A stretch of 64,000 nt of DNA from NCBI GenBank assembly GCA_965659785.1, contig CBFHXL010000003.1, forward strand, positions 27,203-91,202. The letters are read 5' to 3'. Made by a program: the position numbers and the translations under genes. This document shows, piece after piece, positions 34,045-43,297 of this stretch. Position 1 is the stretch's first letter; each line of letters opens with the position of its first letter. The DNA is from Candidatus Puniceispirillales bacterium. Its GTDB lineage: Bacteria; Pseudomonadota; Alphaproteobacteria; Puniceispirillales; UBA1172. The notes under the pieces were generated by a model. It was not told where the DNA came from. It saw only the letters and a program-made list of their open reading frames with translations, and did no database searches.

Positions 34045-34121
34045 TGGTCGGAGTGGCGGGATTTGAACCCACGACCCCCACACCCCCAGTATGGTGCGCT
34101 ACCAGGCTGCGCTACACTCCG
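34045..34121 (-). tRNA. tRNA-Pro (anticodon GGG)
   Basis: The minus strand reads CGGAGTGTAGCGCAGCCTGGTAGCGCACCATACTGGGGGTGTGGGGGTCGTGGGTTCAAATCCCGCCACTCCGACCA. The acceptor stem is CGGAGTG/CACTCCG. The anticodon stem is CCATA/TGTGG with loop CTGGGGG. It has a TTCAAAT T-loop and an encoded CCA. Confidence 0.92.
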
Positions 34122-34473
34122 ACGCACTCTTTATAACCAAGCTTGTTAAGAAAGAGAAGCCCTGAAATCGTAAGTTCATCACACTTAAGACTAAGGATAG
34201 TGATGACAACGGCGAAACCTCATCAGAAGGTCAGGCTCCAATACATCATCACCGCTTGCTTAGGGCTTCGCAAACTGAACTCACCATTGCCGTGCGAGGC
34301 GGTAGCGTAAAGCCCTGTTAGGCTATTGCCCAATGCTTTCTCAAAACGGGCGGAAAGCCTGTTGCTATGATCATCTAAATTATGAAAAGCCGAAATCTCT
34401 GCCGCAAGGGGAAGCGCAAAAGGCTCCGCATGAGAAAGGCGCTTGGCCTGACACCGCTGATGCGAACATGATC

Positions 34474-34514
34474 AAAAACGGCTTAACCAGTGATCACCGA
34501 CTGGGCCAAAGCCG
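34474..34514 (-). terminator. Rho-independent terminator of the M20 amidohydrolase gene
   Basis: The minus strand reads CGGCTT-TGGC-CCAGT-CGGTGATC-ACTGG-TT-AAGCCG-TTTTT, starting 10 nt after the stop codon. Confidence 0.7.
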
Positions 34515-34523
34515 CTATCTGTC

Positions 34524-35774
34524 CTATTCTTCAACGATCTGGGCCATCCGCAAGGCCGCGTGCATTAACACATCTGTCCCTGCCCCTGCCCATTCTTTGG
34601 TGATCTCTTCGGCTTCGTTATGGCTAAGCCCGCCAACACAAGGGCACATAATCATAGCGGTTGGGGCAATATCATTAATCCAACACGCATCATGACCTGC
34701 GCCCGATACGATATCCATATGACCATATCCTAAATCATCCGCCGCCTTGCGAATGGCATCAACACAATCAGCATCAAAGGCCGGAGGATCAAATTGCCCC
34801 ACGATTTCAGATGAAAAGGAAACCCCAATATCGCGGCATAACGCTTCACCACCTGATAACAGGTCTTGCACCATGCTATTGAGAACATCAATTTTATGAG
34901 AACGCATATCCACGGTAAAGACAACTTTACCCGGAATGATATTGCGAGAGTTAGGATAAACATCAATATGCCCGATAGCCCCCACGGCATTTGGCTGATG
35001 CTTCATAGCAATGTCGTGAACCAGTTCCGTGATAAGCGCCAATCCGCGGCCTGCGTTGCGCCGCATCCCCATAGGGGTTGATCCGGTATGGCTTTCTGTT
35101 CCCGTGACGGTAATTTCCACCCAGCGTAAGCCCTGCCCATGGGTAACAACGCCGATGGGCTTGCCTTCAGTTTCAAGGATGGGGCCTTGCTCAATATGCA
35201 ATTCAAACAAGGCGTGCATCTTTCGTGCGCCGACCTTTTCGTCACCAACCCAGCCAATCCGCTTTAATTCATCACCAAAGCGATTACCATCAGTATCGGT
35301 GCGATCATAAACCCAATCCTGATCATATTTGCCAGCAAACACCCCCGAGGAAACCATTGCCGGGGCAAATCGAGTGCCTTCCTCATTCGTCCAGTTAACG
35401 ACCACAATCGGATGCTTCGTTTTCACACCTAAATCATTTAAGCTTCGGATCACCTCAAGGCCGCCTAAAACCCCCAGAACACCATCATATTTGCCGCCTG
35501 TGGGCTGTGTGTCCAAATGTGAGCCAATATAAACAGGTAGCGCATCCGGGTCTGTGCCTTGACGGGTGGCAAACATATTGCCCATCGTATCCACGCCCAT
35601 GGTCATGCCCGCATCAAGGCACCATGTCTGAAACAGCGCTCGCGCCTCACCATCAGCATCGGTCAGGGCTTGGCGATTATTGCCTCCAGCCACACCGGGG
35701 CCAATCTTTGCCATCTCCATCAAACTATCCCAAAGCCGATCTGAATCGATCTGCAAATTTTTGGTGTTTTGCAT
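34524..35774 (-). CDS. M20-family Zn-dependent amidohydrolase (allantoate amidohydrolase / N-carbamoyl-L-amino-acid hydrolase / beta-ureidopropionase class)
   Basis: 416 aa with GSHLDTQPTGGKYDGVLGV, WTNEEG and HSGAGHDA-like motifs (SGAGHDAC). The substrate cannot be assigned from sequence. Confidence 0.85.
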   Translation of the reverse strand: MQNTKNLQIDSDRLWDSLMEMAKIGPGVAGGNNRQALTDADGEARALFQTWCLDAGMTMGVDTMGNMFATRQGTDPDALPVYIGSHLDTQPTGGKYDGVLGVLGGLEVIRSLNDLGVKTKHPIVVVNWTNEEGTRFAPAMVSSGVFAGKYDQDWVYDRTDTDGNRFGDELKRIGWVGDEKVGARKMHALFELHIEQGPILETEGKPIGVVTHGQGLRWVEITVTGTESHTGSTPMGMRRNAGRGLALITELVHDIAMKHQPNAVGAIGHIDVYPNSRNIIPGKVVFTVDMRSHKIDVLNSMVQDLLSGGEALCRDIGVSFSSEIVGQFDPPAFDADCVDAIRKAADDLGYGHMDIVSGAGHDACWINDIAPTAMIMCPCVGGLSHNEAEEITKEWAGAGTDVLMHAALRMAQIVEE

Positions 35775-35885
35775 AACGATCTCCTGTTTTTCCTATATGA
35801 ATTTCAATAACTTCAGACGTGAATGTCTCACTTGAAGGCTATCAGAACCGCAACCGACTGATCACCTGTTAATGAGTATTAACAA

Positions 35886-36284
35886 TCAACTGATGCGCGC
35901 AAGCCGGGATTGAGCCTCTTTCAGCAAAACCACAGCCTTAGCAATACGGTCTGAACGCATTGAAGATGCCGCCGCGTCCATAGGTGATGATGATGCGGCA
36001 GAGGCAGAAAGTTCAGCCACCGCAGCGTCTTGTTTTGGCTTAGAAAACCCTTTGAGCGCTTGCTGAGCGCCCTTAATCGTATAACCTTCTTGATAAAGCA
36101 GGTCTTGAATCTTTTTCAAAAGAACAATGTCTTCAGGGCGGTAATAGCGCCGTCCCCCATTGCGTTTAATCGGTTTGAGCTGATTAAAACGGGTTTCCCA
36201 AAACCGCAAAACATGGGTAGGGACATCCAGCATCGTTGATACTTCTGAAATGTTGCGAAACGCTTCGGGGTTTTTTTCAACCAT
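35886..36284 (-). CDS. MerR family transcriptional regulator
   Basis: 132 aa with an N-terminal HTH ([22 protein letters not shown]...RRYYRPEDI). It lies downstream of ihfA, a conserved alphaproteobacterial pair. Confidence 0.85.
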   Translation of the reverse strand: MVEKNPEAFRNISEVSTMLDVPTHVLRFWETRFNQLKPIKRNGGRRYYRPEDIVLLKKIQDLLYQEGYTIKGAQQALKGFSKPKQDAAVAELSASAASSSPMDAAASSMRSDRIAKAVVLLKEAQSRLARIS

Positions 36285-36306
36285 GATCTTACCCCACCGT
36301 TAGCGG

Positions 36307-36600
36307 TTAATTAGATGTATTAACCTTTTTGCGCAAAATATGGGAAGGACGAAACGATAGCACCCGGCGCGGTGTAATGGGAACTTCCTCACCCGTTTTG
36401 GGATTGCGGCCGATCCGTTGCCTTTTGTTGCGAACAGTAAAACTACCAAATGAGGTAATTTTAACATTATTTCCGTCTTCAAGGGATTCAGAAATCTCAT
36501 CAAGAATAGTACCTACCATGTCGGCAGATTCATTTCTGGACAATCCAATTTTTTGGTAAATCGCTTCCGCGATATCAGCACGAATAAGAGAACGTTTCAT
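36307..36600 (-). CDS. ihfA: Integration host factor subunit alpha
   Basis: 97 aa with the HU/IHF fold signature [30 protein letters not shown]. Confidence 0.92.
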   Translation of the reverse strand: MKRSLIRADIAEAIYQKIGLSRNESADMVGTILDEISESLEDGNNVKITSFGSFTVRNKRQRIGRNPKTGEEVPITPRRVLSFRPSHILRKKVNTSN

Positions 36601-36649
36601 AAAACAAAATTAATCAACAAGACCAGTAACGTCAACTCAAAAAATCATA

Positions 36650-37642
36650 TCAATCGGGTTTCCCCACCCGAACAATAGATGCGCCCCATGCTAGGCCGCC
36701 TCCAATGCCCTCAAAGGCAACAACATCACCTGATTTGATGCGATGTTCACGCATGGCCTCATCAAATGCGAGGGGAATTGACGCCGCAGAGGTATTAGCA
36801 TGGCGCGAAACCGTCCGCACCACTCTTTCATCCGGCATATTAAGTTTCTTTTGTAAGTTATTGATAATTCTGATATTTGCTTGATGCGGAACTAACCAGT
36901 CAATATCATCCGCCTGAAGACCAGACTGGTTAATAGCCTGATCCAGACCAGAGGCTAGTTTTTCAACAGCGTGTTTGAAGACATCCTGACCACTCATCTT
37001 AACAGTGCCAACATGGCCTCTGGCAGGCCCACCATCAACATAAAGAATATCGCGGAACCGTCCATCTGTGAAAATGACAGACGATAAAATGCCCCAGCCC
37101 TTAGCCTGATCACTTGCCTCAAGGATAACGGCCCCTGCCCCATCACCAAACAAAACTGCCGTGCTTCGGTCGTCCCAATCCAGAATCCGGCTAAAGGCCT
37201 CTGCCCCTATGACCACCATTCTTTTGGCTTTGCCGCATTTGATCATAGCATCGGCCACATCCAGCGCATAAATAAAGCCTGCGCAAACCGCCTGAACATC
37301 AAAGGCAAAAGCCTGAATAGCCCCAAGTTTGCGTTGAACCGTTGCCGCCGTTGAAGGAAAAGTATCATCCGGTGTGGTTGTCGCAACGATAATGCCATCA
37401 ATATCGTCGGCGCTAAGACCAGCCATATCCAAAGCCTGATGAGCGGCATTGACCGCCATATCAGAGGTCAATTCATCATCAGCAACAATATGACGCTGGG
37501 TAATGCCTGTGCGCTGGCGAATCCATTCATCATCAGTATCCATGATTTCGGCAAGATCGTGATTAGTGACCACTTTTTCAGGCAAATAAGACCCGGATGC
37601 CGTAACCAGCACCGACGGGAAAGGCATATCAGCATTAGTCAT
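36650..37642 (-). CDS. fabH: 3-oxoacyl-ACP synthase III
   Basis: The active-site Cys context AFDVQAVCAGFIYAL, then HQANIRII and ANTSAASIP. Confidence 0.95.
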   Translation of the reverse strand: MTNADMPFPSVLVTASGSYLPEKVVTNHDLAEIMDTDDEWIRQRTGITQRHIVADDELTSDMAVNAAHQALDMAGLSADDIDGIIVATTTPDDTFPSTAATVQRKLGAIQAFAFDVQAVCAGFIYALDVADAMIKCGKAKRMVVIGAEAFSRILDWDDRSTAVLFGDGAGAVILEASDQAKGWGILSSVIFTDGRFRDILYVDGGPARGHVGTVKMSGQDVFKHAVEKLASGLDQAINQSGLQADDIDWLVPHQANIRIINNLQKKLNMPDERVVRTVSRHANTSAASIPLAFDEAMREHRIKSGDVVAFEGIGGGLAWGASIVRVGKPD

Positions 37643-37643
37643 G

Positions 37644-38720
37644 TTAAGAGGTTTCCTCTTTGGTTTTTGTTTTTAGTGATTGTGCCACTTCAATCGCATC
37701 AATCGAACGAGCAATGCCTTTTTTCAAATCATCCATAAATCCATGACGATGCATATCACTTGCGACCTTAATCGCATTGGCAATCCCATCTTGGTTGGCG
37801 CCACCATGCGATTTCACGACAATACCATTTAATCCCAGCAGCACCGCCCCATTATAGCGTTGAGGATTCATCATTTCACGCAATTGCTTGAACGACCGGC
37901 GCGCCAAAAGATATCCAAGGCGCGAAAATATGGTGGCACGGAACGAATTGCGAATCATAGTCCCGATGAGCCGTGAGGTGCCTTCTGCGGTTTTCAGCGC
38001 AACATTACCGCTAAAGCCATCACTAACAATCACTTGTGCTTCACCCATGGGAATGCCGTCCCCTTCGACAAATCCGGCATAATTCATCTGGATGGAAGGG
38101 TCGGAAAGAATAGCGGCGGCCTCACGAATAGACGCACTGCCTTTTTGTTCTTCTTCTCCAACATTAAGCAAACCAATGCTTGGATGTTCTACCTTACCAA
38201 TCACCCGATAAAACGCATCACCCATGGCGGCAAATTGCACCAAATTTGTAGATGAACATTCAATATTAGCGCCAAGATCAAGCATACAGCATGACCCTTT
38301 AAGGGTTGGAAACAATGCCGCTAATGCTGGACGCTCAATCCCCTCAATGGTACGCAAGACCATCAAAGCCATGATCATTAATGCCCCGGAATTACCCGCC
38401 GAAACAACAGCACTGGCATCACCTGATTTCACAAGCTCAATAGCCAGACGCATGGATGAGGTTTTCCCCGACCGCAGAGCCTGTGATGGCACCTCGTCTG
38501 AGGCAACCATATCTTCAGTATGAAGGATATCCACATCATTCAGAATAGGAATACCAGTGATCAGTGGCTTAAGCTTACTTTCATCACCAACCAGAATAGG
38601 ACGCAAAGCCGGATCATTCTGCATGGCAAGAGCGGTTCCGCGGATCACAGACTGCGGAGCGTCATCGCCGCCCATCGCATCTATCGCTAGTTTTATCTCT
38701 TTTGTTATCAAAAAATCCAA
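37644..38720 (-). CDS. plsX: Phosphate acyltransferase PlsX
   Basis: LAIDAMGGDDAP N-terminus and VVKSHGGAN. 358 aa, immediately upstream of fabH. Confidence 0.93.
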   Translation of the reverse strand: MDFLITKEIKLAIDAMGGDDAPQSVIRGTALAMQNDPALRPILVGDESKLKPLITGIPILNDVDILHTEDMVASDEVPSQALRSGKTSSMRLAIELVKSGDASAVVSAGNSGALMIMALMVLRTIEGIERPALAALFPTLKGSCCMLDLGANIECSSTNLVQFAAMGDAFYRVIGKVEHPSIGLLNVGEEEQKGSASIREAAAILSDPSIQMNYAGFVEGDGIPMGEAQVIVSDGFSGNVALKTAEGTSRLIGTMIRNSFRATIFSRLGYLLARRSFKQLREMMNPQRYNGAVLLGLNGIVVKSHGGANQDGIANAIKVASDMHRHGFMDDLKKGIARSIDAIEVAQSLKTKTKEETS

Positions 38721-38742
38721 GCCCCAAAAATATTGTGTTTTT

Positions 38743-39252
38743 CTATCTTGTTTTCTTCAAATCGGCAAGTTTTCCGAAAGGCCCAAGATCATCTTTAGAT
38801 TTAACAACAACATCAACCGGTGGAATATCATCTGCGCGCGGCCAATCTGGCGCCTCAAGCAAGATCAATTGCGCCACTGTCTCACCAACAGGAATAGTTC
38901 GGTTAATCATCGGCTCTGTCTGCACGCTCATGGGATCAATCACAGCCTCCTCATCGGCGCCATCCATAACGGCAAACCGCTCATCTACCTCAATCATAAG
39001 CGACTGCGGCACTTCAGCATCACTAATCACGCAAGCCATCACGATATCCGCCGCAAGACGGCCTGTCATATGGCAGGCTTCGTTTGATAAGCGCGTTAAG
39101 ATGATGTTGCCATCAAGGCGATCAATTCTTAGCCAATCAAACCGCTTCGCCAACGCCTCTCTTGTCGCCGCATCAGCTTGGATCGTCAGACGATAGGGTT
39201 TTGTCGCCTCAACCTTGTCAAAATCTAAGTTTAGATCAAGCATCATCATCAT
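38743..39252 (-). CDS. DUF177 (YceD) family protein
   Basis: 169-aa acidic protein upstream of plsX in the conserved position. Confidence 0.75.
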   Translation of the reverse strand: MMMMLDLNLDFDKVEATKPYRLTIQADAATREALAKRFDWLRIDRLDGNIILTRLSNEACHMTGRLAADIVMACVISDAEVPQSLMIEVDERFAVMDGADEEAVIDPMSVQTEPMINRTIPVGETVAQLILLEAPDWPRADDIPPVDVVVKSKDDLGPFGKLADLKKTR

Positions 39253-39865
39253 CCCAAATATGGATCGGGGTTGTGATCATGCCTGCTAAAAGGTCTTTAT
39301 CATTCAAGGTCTCTAATTCAGACGCCGCCTGCATCATCCGTTGAGCTAGCTGGTCAGCCATACCCTTATCATCTTCATCGCGATAGACATTGCGCTTTAA
39401 CGCAGAAATCAGCATATCCTTATCATTCGCATCAAGCGCCGCGCCATAGGCCTTTACCCGGCCCATAAATGCGGTCGCCATCACTTTAACTTTTTTTCCG
39501 ACCTTATTCTCGCTGACCCCAATTTCATGGAGGCTTAAATCCATATCAGCAAACATGGTATCAATCAGCTCTTGTGCTCTGGCCTTTCCGTTGCTGTCCC
39601 CTGTGATCTTGGTTAGGCGCCTAACCAAAAGGGTTGCCAATAAGCAAAGGGTATCAAAGCGCCCGTCAAACGTATCCGCAATCCCATATTGTGCATAGAT
39701 TTGCGGGGTTCGCGCTGTTTCTGCTACTTGGCGATAGAGCGTTTCCGCCTCAACACTAGAGGGGCGAGACCAATCAAGCACTTTTTTACGCAACCACTGT
39801 AACATCACATCATATGTCCCTGAAAGGTTAGGAGATAACAAGACAACAACAGCCAATGCTTGCAT
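39236..39865 (-). CDS. Ubiquinol-cytochrome c chaperone (Cbp3-like) family protein
   Basis: LYRQVAETARTPQIYAQYGIADTFDGRFDTLCLLATLLVRRL matches the family pattern. An alternative start at M21 (39805) is plausible. Confidence 0.7.
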   Translation of the reverse strand: MQALAVVVLLSPNLSGTYDVMLQWLRKKVLDWSRPSSVEAETLYRQVAETARTPQIYAQYGIADTFDGRFDTLCLLATLLVRRLTKITGDSNGKARAQELIDTMFADMDLSLHEIGVSENKVGKKVKVMATAFMGRVKAYGAALDANDKDMLISALKRNVYRDEDDKGMADQLAQRMMQAASELETLNDKDLLAGMITTPIHIWDDDDA

Positions 39866-39903
39866 TGACCGCGCATTTACCTTATTGGTAACTAGTTATT
39901 ATC

Positions 39904-40356
39904 ATGAAGACTCTTATGAAAAAACAAATTAATTTTGCCCTTGGTCTTGGTCTTATGACAATGGTTTCCGCTTGCGGTAGTCAATTAAGCCAACATGGCA
40001 ATAGCCTCGACCCCGCCGCCCTTGAACGGCTTGAGATTGGTACCACAAGACAAATTGAAATTGAATCCATCTTTGGTAAGCCATCTGCGCGCGGCGCTTT
40101 TGATTCAGGGCGCATTTACTATATCTCACAAGTGATGGTGAAAGCTCCGGCGCAAAAAATTGCTTTGCAGGAACGCACGGTCGTGACGTTTAGCTTTGAC
40201 GAAAATGATGTGCTAGAGGCGATTGAATTTACCAATGAAGATGATGGTAAAACCGTCTATTATGTAGATAGCACGACCCCAACACCGGGGGACACTTTTG
40301 GGCTGTTTGAGCAAATCCTTGGCAATATTGGCCGACCACCCGGTCAAACCCCTTAA
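39904..40356 (+). CDS. bamE: Outer-membrane protein assembly factor BamE (SmpA/OmlA lipoprotein)
   Basis: Lipobox LMTMVSAC, then IGTTRQIEIESIFGKPS. It is divergent from the Cbp3-like gene, as in other Alphaproteobacteria. Confidence 0.8.
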   Translation: MKTLMKKQINFALGLGLMTMVSACGSQLSQHGNSLDPAALERLEIGTTRQIEIESIFGKPSARGAFDSGRIYYISQVMVKAPAQKIALQERTVVTFSFDENDVLEAIEFTNEDDGKTVYYVDSTTPTPGDTFGLFEQILGNIGRPPGQTP

Positions 40357-40477
40357 TTCAATTTCATTTCCTTTGATGATTGAACTTCCTATGCTTGGAC
40401 TGACCTAGCCCAGCATGATGGATATATCGTTGCCTTAACGCTTGGCAGTGATAATGGTCTTCCGCATAAAAGCGCAT

Positions 40478-40510
40478 AAAAAACCCCCTTGCAGCAATGC
40501 CGCAAGGGGG
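40478..40510 (-). terminator. Rho-independent terminator of hppA
   Basis: The minus strand reads CCCCCTTGC-ggcattgct-GCAAGGGGG followed by TTTTTTAT, ~20 nt after the hppA stop. It lies in a convergent gap with bamE. Confidence 0.8.
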
Positions 40511-40530
40511 TAATTCATGATGATCGTTGC

Positions 40531-42582
40531 TTAAGCAGCCAAAGCGGCCAGCATCAATAGAGCAACGATATTGATGATCTTAATCATCGGGTTAATAGCA
40601 GGGCCAGCGGTGTCCTTGTAAGGATCACCAACGGTATCACCTGTCACCGCGGCTTTATGGGCTTCAGACCCTTTGCCGCCATGGTTGCCATCTTCGATAT
40701 ACTTCTTAGCATTATCCCATGCCCCGCCACCGGCAGTCATGGAGATAGCAACATAAAGACCCGTGACAATCGTCCCAAGCAACATTGCGCCAACCGCGGT
40801 AAAGGCGGCCTCTTGGCTTACCGTTGCATTGATGACCAGATATACCACCACAGGGGCCAATACTGGCAGAAGCGATGGAATAATCATCTCACGGATAGCA
40901 GAACGTGTCAGCAGATCAACAGCAGTGCTGTAATCTGGCTTGGCTTTGCCTTCCATAATGCCCTTGATCTCGCGGAATTGGCGGCGGACTTCTTCCACCA
41001 CCTCACCACCAGCACGGCCAACCGCCTGCATGCCCATTGAGGCAAACAGATAAGGCAACATACCGCCGATCAGCAATCCAACCACAACATAAGGATCAGT
41101 TAGGCTGAAATTAACCTCAAGGGTTGGGAAATAACGCTCAAGGTCTGCAATATAAGCCGCAAACAGAACAAGCGCGGCCAATGCGGCAGAACCAATAGCA
41201 TAACCCTTAGTCACCGCTTTGGTGGTGTTACCAACCGCATCAAGAGCATCGGTAACCTGACGAACAGAGTCATCAAGTTCAGCCATTTCCGCAATACCGC
41301 CAGCGTTATCAGTAACCGGGCCATAAGCGTCAAGCGCAACAACCATACCGGCAAGCGCCAGCATTGTGGTCGCCGCAATACCAATGCCATAGATATCAGC
41401 CGTGACATAAGACACAATGATACCAGCGGAAATGATAATCGCAGGAATGGCAGTAGCCTCCATTGACATCGCCAGACCAGAGATCACGTTCGTGCCGTGG
41501 CCTGTTTCAGACGCCTTAGCAACGACTTTAACCGGACGGAATGAGGTTGAGGTATAGTATTCAGTAATCCATACCATCAGACCTGTTACCACCAGACCGA
41601 CAATAGCGCAGATGAAGTAATCCATGCCTGCCTCTTGGCCAGAGAACACATGATCAATCAGGAAGTAAATGGCAATAGCAGAAAGCACCGCCGTTGCGAT
41701 AAAGCCTTTGTAAAGCGCGCCCATAATGTTGTTTGTTGAACCAAGGCGAACAAAGAATGTGCCAATGATTGACGTCAAAATACAAACCGCACCAATACCA
41801 AGCGGCAAGAGAAGCGCGTTCATATCACCACTAAGCTGAATAGTAGCCAACAGCATAGTTGCCACAATCGTTACCGCATAGGTTTCAAACAAATCAGCGG
41901 CCATACCAGCACAGTCACCAACATTGTCACCTACATTATCAGCAATAACCGCAGGGTTTCTAGGATCATCTTCAGGGATGCCTGCCTCAACCTTACCAAC
42001 AAGGTCAGCACCGACATCAGCGCCTTTGGTAAAGATACCGCCACCTAAACGCGCAAAAATAGAAATCAATGATGCCCCAAATGATAGCGCAACCAAGGCT
42101 TCCATCATCTTATGAATTTCCATGTTGATGCTGGACAAATACATATAATAACCAGCAACACCAAGCAAACCAAGGCTAACAACTAGCATACCAGTAATAG
42201 CACCAGATTTGAAAGAGATGGAAAGCGCCTCACCCAGAGAGCGTCTCGCGGCCTCAGTTGTGCGGACATTGGCCCTTACCGACACATTCATGCCAATATA
42301 GCCAGCGATGCCCGAAAGCACAGCGCCAATAACAAAGCCAATGGCAACATAAATGCCAAGGGTGAACACCAGAACAGCGGCAACAACAATGCCGACGATG
42401 CCAATGGTTGTATATTGACGGTTAAGATAGGCTCGCGCCCCTTCTTGGATGGCTCCAGCAATTTCTTGCATACGCTCGTTACCAGCACTTGCGGCAAGAA
42501 CGCTTCTGGACGCCCAGATACCATAGAGCAGTCCAAGGAGACCGCAAGCAATGGCCATATAGACGAAGAAATCATAATTCAT
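40531..42582 (-). CDS. hppA: Membrane-bound H+-translocating pyrophosphatase, K+-independent type
   Basis: 683 aa with ~15 TM segments, GDNVGDCAG and [15 protein letters not shown]. The [16 protein letters not shown] motif has Lys at the position that marks K+-independent enzymes. Confidence 0.95.
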   Translation of the reverse strand: MNYDFFVYMAIACGLLGLLYGIWASRSVLAASAGNERMQEIAGAIQEGARAYLNRQYTTIGIVGIVVAAVLVFTLGIYVAIGFVIGAVLSGIAGYIGMNVSVRANVRTTEAARRSLGEALSISFKSGAITGMLVVSLGLLGVAGYYMYLSSINMEIHKMMEALVALSFGASLISIFARLGGGIFTKGADVGADLVGKVEAGIPEDDPRNPAVIADNVGDNVGDCAGMAADLFETYAVTIVATMLLATIQLSGDMNALLLPLGIGAVCILTSIIGTFFVRLGSTNNIMGALYKGFIATAVLSAIAIYFLIDHVFSGQEAGMDYFICAIVGLVVTGLMVWITEYYTSTSFRPVKVVAKASETGHGTNVISGLAMSMEATAIPAIIISAGIIVSYVTADIYGIGIAATTMLALAGMVVALDAYGPVTDNAGGIAEMAELDDSVRQVTDALDAVGNTTKAVTKGYAIGSAALAALVLFAAYIADLERYFPTLEVNFSLTDPYVVVGLLIGGMLPYLFASMGMQAVGRAGGEVVEEVRRQFREIKGIMEGKAKPDYSTAVDLLTRSAIREMIIPSLLPVLAPVVVYLVINATVSQEAAFTAVGAMLLGTIVTGLYVAISMTAGGGAWDNAKKYIEDGNHGGKGSEAHKAAVTGDTVGDPYKDTAGPAINPMIKIINIVALLMLAALAA

Positions 42583-42729
42583 GATTGGTTAGTCCTGTTT
42601 TCATGGGGTATGCGATAAGACCAGTTGACCCCCCAATTGCATCAACTGATCAAAAAGATAATCCGTTCCGTGGTTAGCCGCATAGCCCAAATGATCATGG
42701 CCTATGCCTTAGCTATTCAATTTCGCTGT

Positions 42730-42758
42730 TTTATAATCAATGCGCTAAGCCTGTGCAA
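42730..42758 (-). promoter_or_regulatory. Candidate sigma-70 promoter for hppA
   Basis: The minus strand has TTGCAC (42758-42753), a 17-nt spacer and TATAAA (42735-42730), ~145 nt upstream of the hppA ATG. Confidence 0.45.
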
Positions 42759-42760
42759 TG

Positions 42761-42796
42761 AAAAACCTTCGTTTTCTATGTTTCTGAAAGGTTTTT
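42761..42796 (-). terminator. Weak AU-rich hairpin after nusB (possible terminator)
   Basis: AAAAACCTT-18 nt-AAGGTTTTT. The stem has only two G-C pairs, so this is tentative. Confidence 0.25.
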
Positions 42797-42802
42797 CCCC
42801 CA

Positions 42803-43297
42803 TTAAACAAACTCTTGGGGGCGAAACTGATGCGCGAGGCGGTCAAGAATGGCGGTGATATAAGCGGTATCGACTTCCCAGCTATCAGCGATAGCAGAAT
42901 ATTCGGCAATAATTGTTCGCGCAGGAATATCTGGCAAGTCTTCGAATTCCAGCATTGCCAGTCGCAAAATATCACGGTCAATCTGGTTGATTCTATCCAT
43001 CGTCCAGCCTTCACCAAGATAGGCGGAAATCTGTCCATCCATTTCCGCACGCCGCGCATCAACACCAAAAACTAGCCTTGTATAATGCTGATCGTTGAGG
43101 TGAGTCAGATTAAACTCTTTCAGCAATTCCGGCAAAAACCGATTTTGAAAACTCGCCACCACCTCAGTCAGAGGATGCTCACTCCCCCATTGCTGGTAAA
43201 GGGTTTGTAACGCCGCAATACGGGCGGCGGCACGACGGCGAATAGAGGCAGGACGCAAATCCGACTTATCTGGCTTAGCATCATCGGTTTCGGTCAT
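42803..43297 (-). CDS. nusB: Transcription antitermination factor NusB
   Basis: 164 aa. RRAAARIAALQTLYQ and the helical NusB pattern follow a short basic N-terminal tail. The ATG overlaps the upstream stop (ATGA). Confidence 0.88.
   Translation of the reverse strand: MTETDDAKPDKSDLRPASIRRRAAARIAALQTLYQQWGSEHPLTEVVASFQNRFLPELLKEFNLTHLNDQHYTRLVFGVDARRAEMDGQISAYLGEGWTMDRINQIDRDILRLAMLEFEDLPDIPARTIIAEYSAIADSWEVDTAYITAILDRLAHQFRPQEFV

Noticed and set aside
34380-34469. 29-codon Cys-rich minus-strand ORF (MFASAVSGQAPFSCGAFCASPCGRDFGFS) in the non-coding tract
   Set aside because: It starts immediately after the terminator U-tract with no Shine-Dalgarno sequence. It is too short to evaluate without conservation data. 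I kept it only as part of the non-coding-tract finding.
38720-38743. Absence of rpmF (L32) between yceD and plsX
   Set aside because: The 22-nt gap cannot hold a gene. As far as I recall, yceD-plsX-fabH-ihfA-merR without rpmF is the ordinary alphaproteobacterial arrangement.
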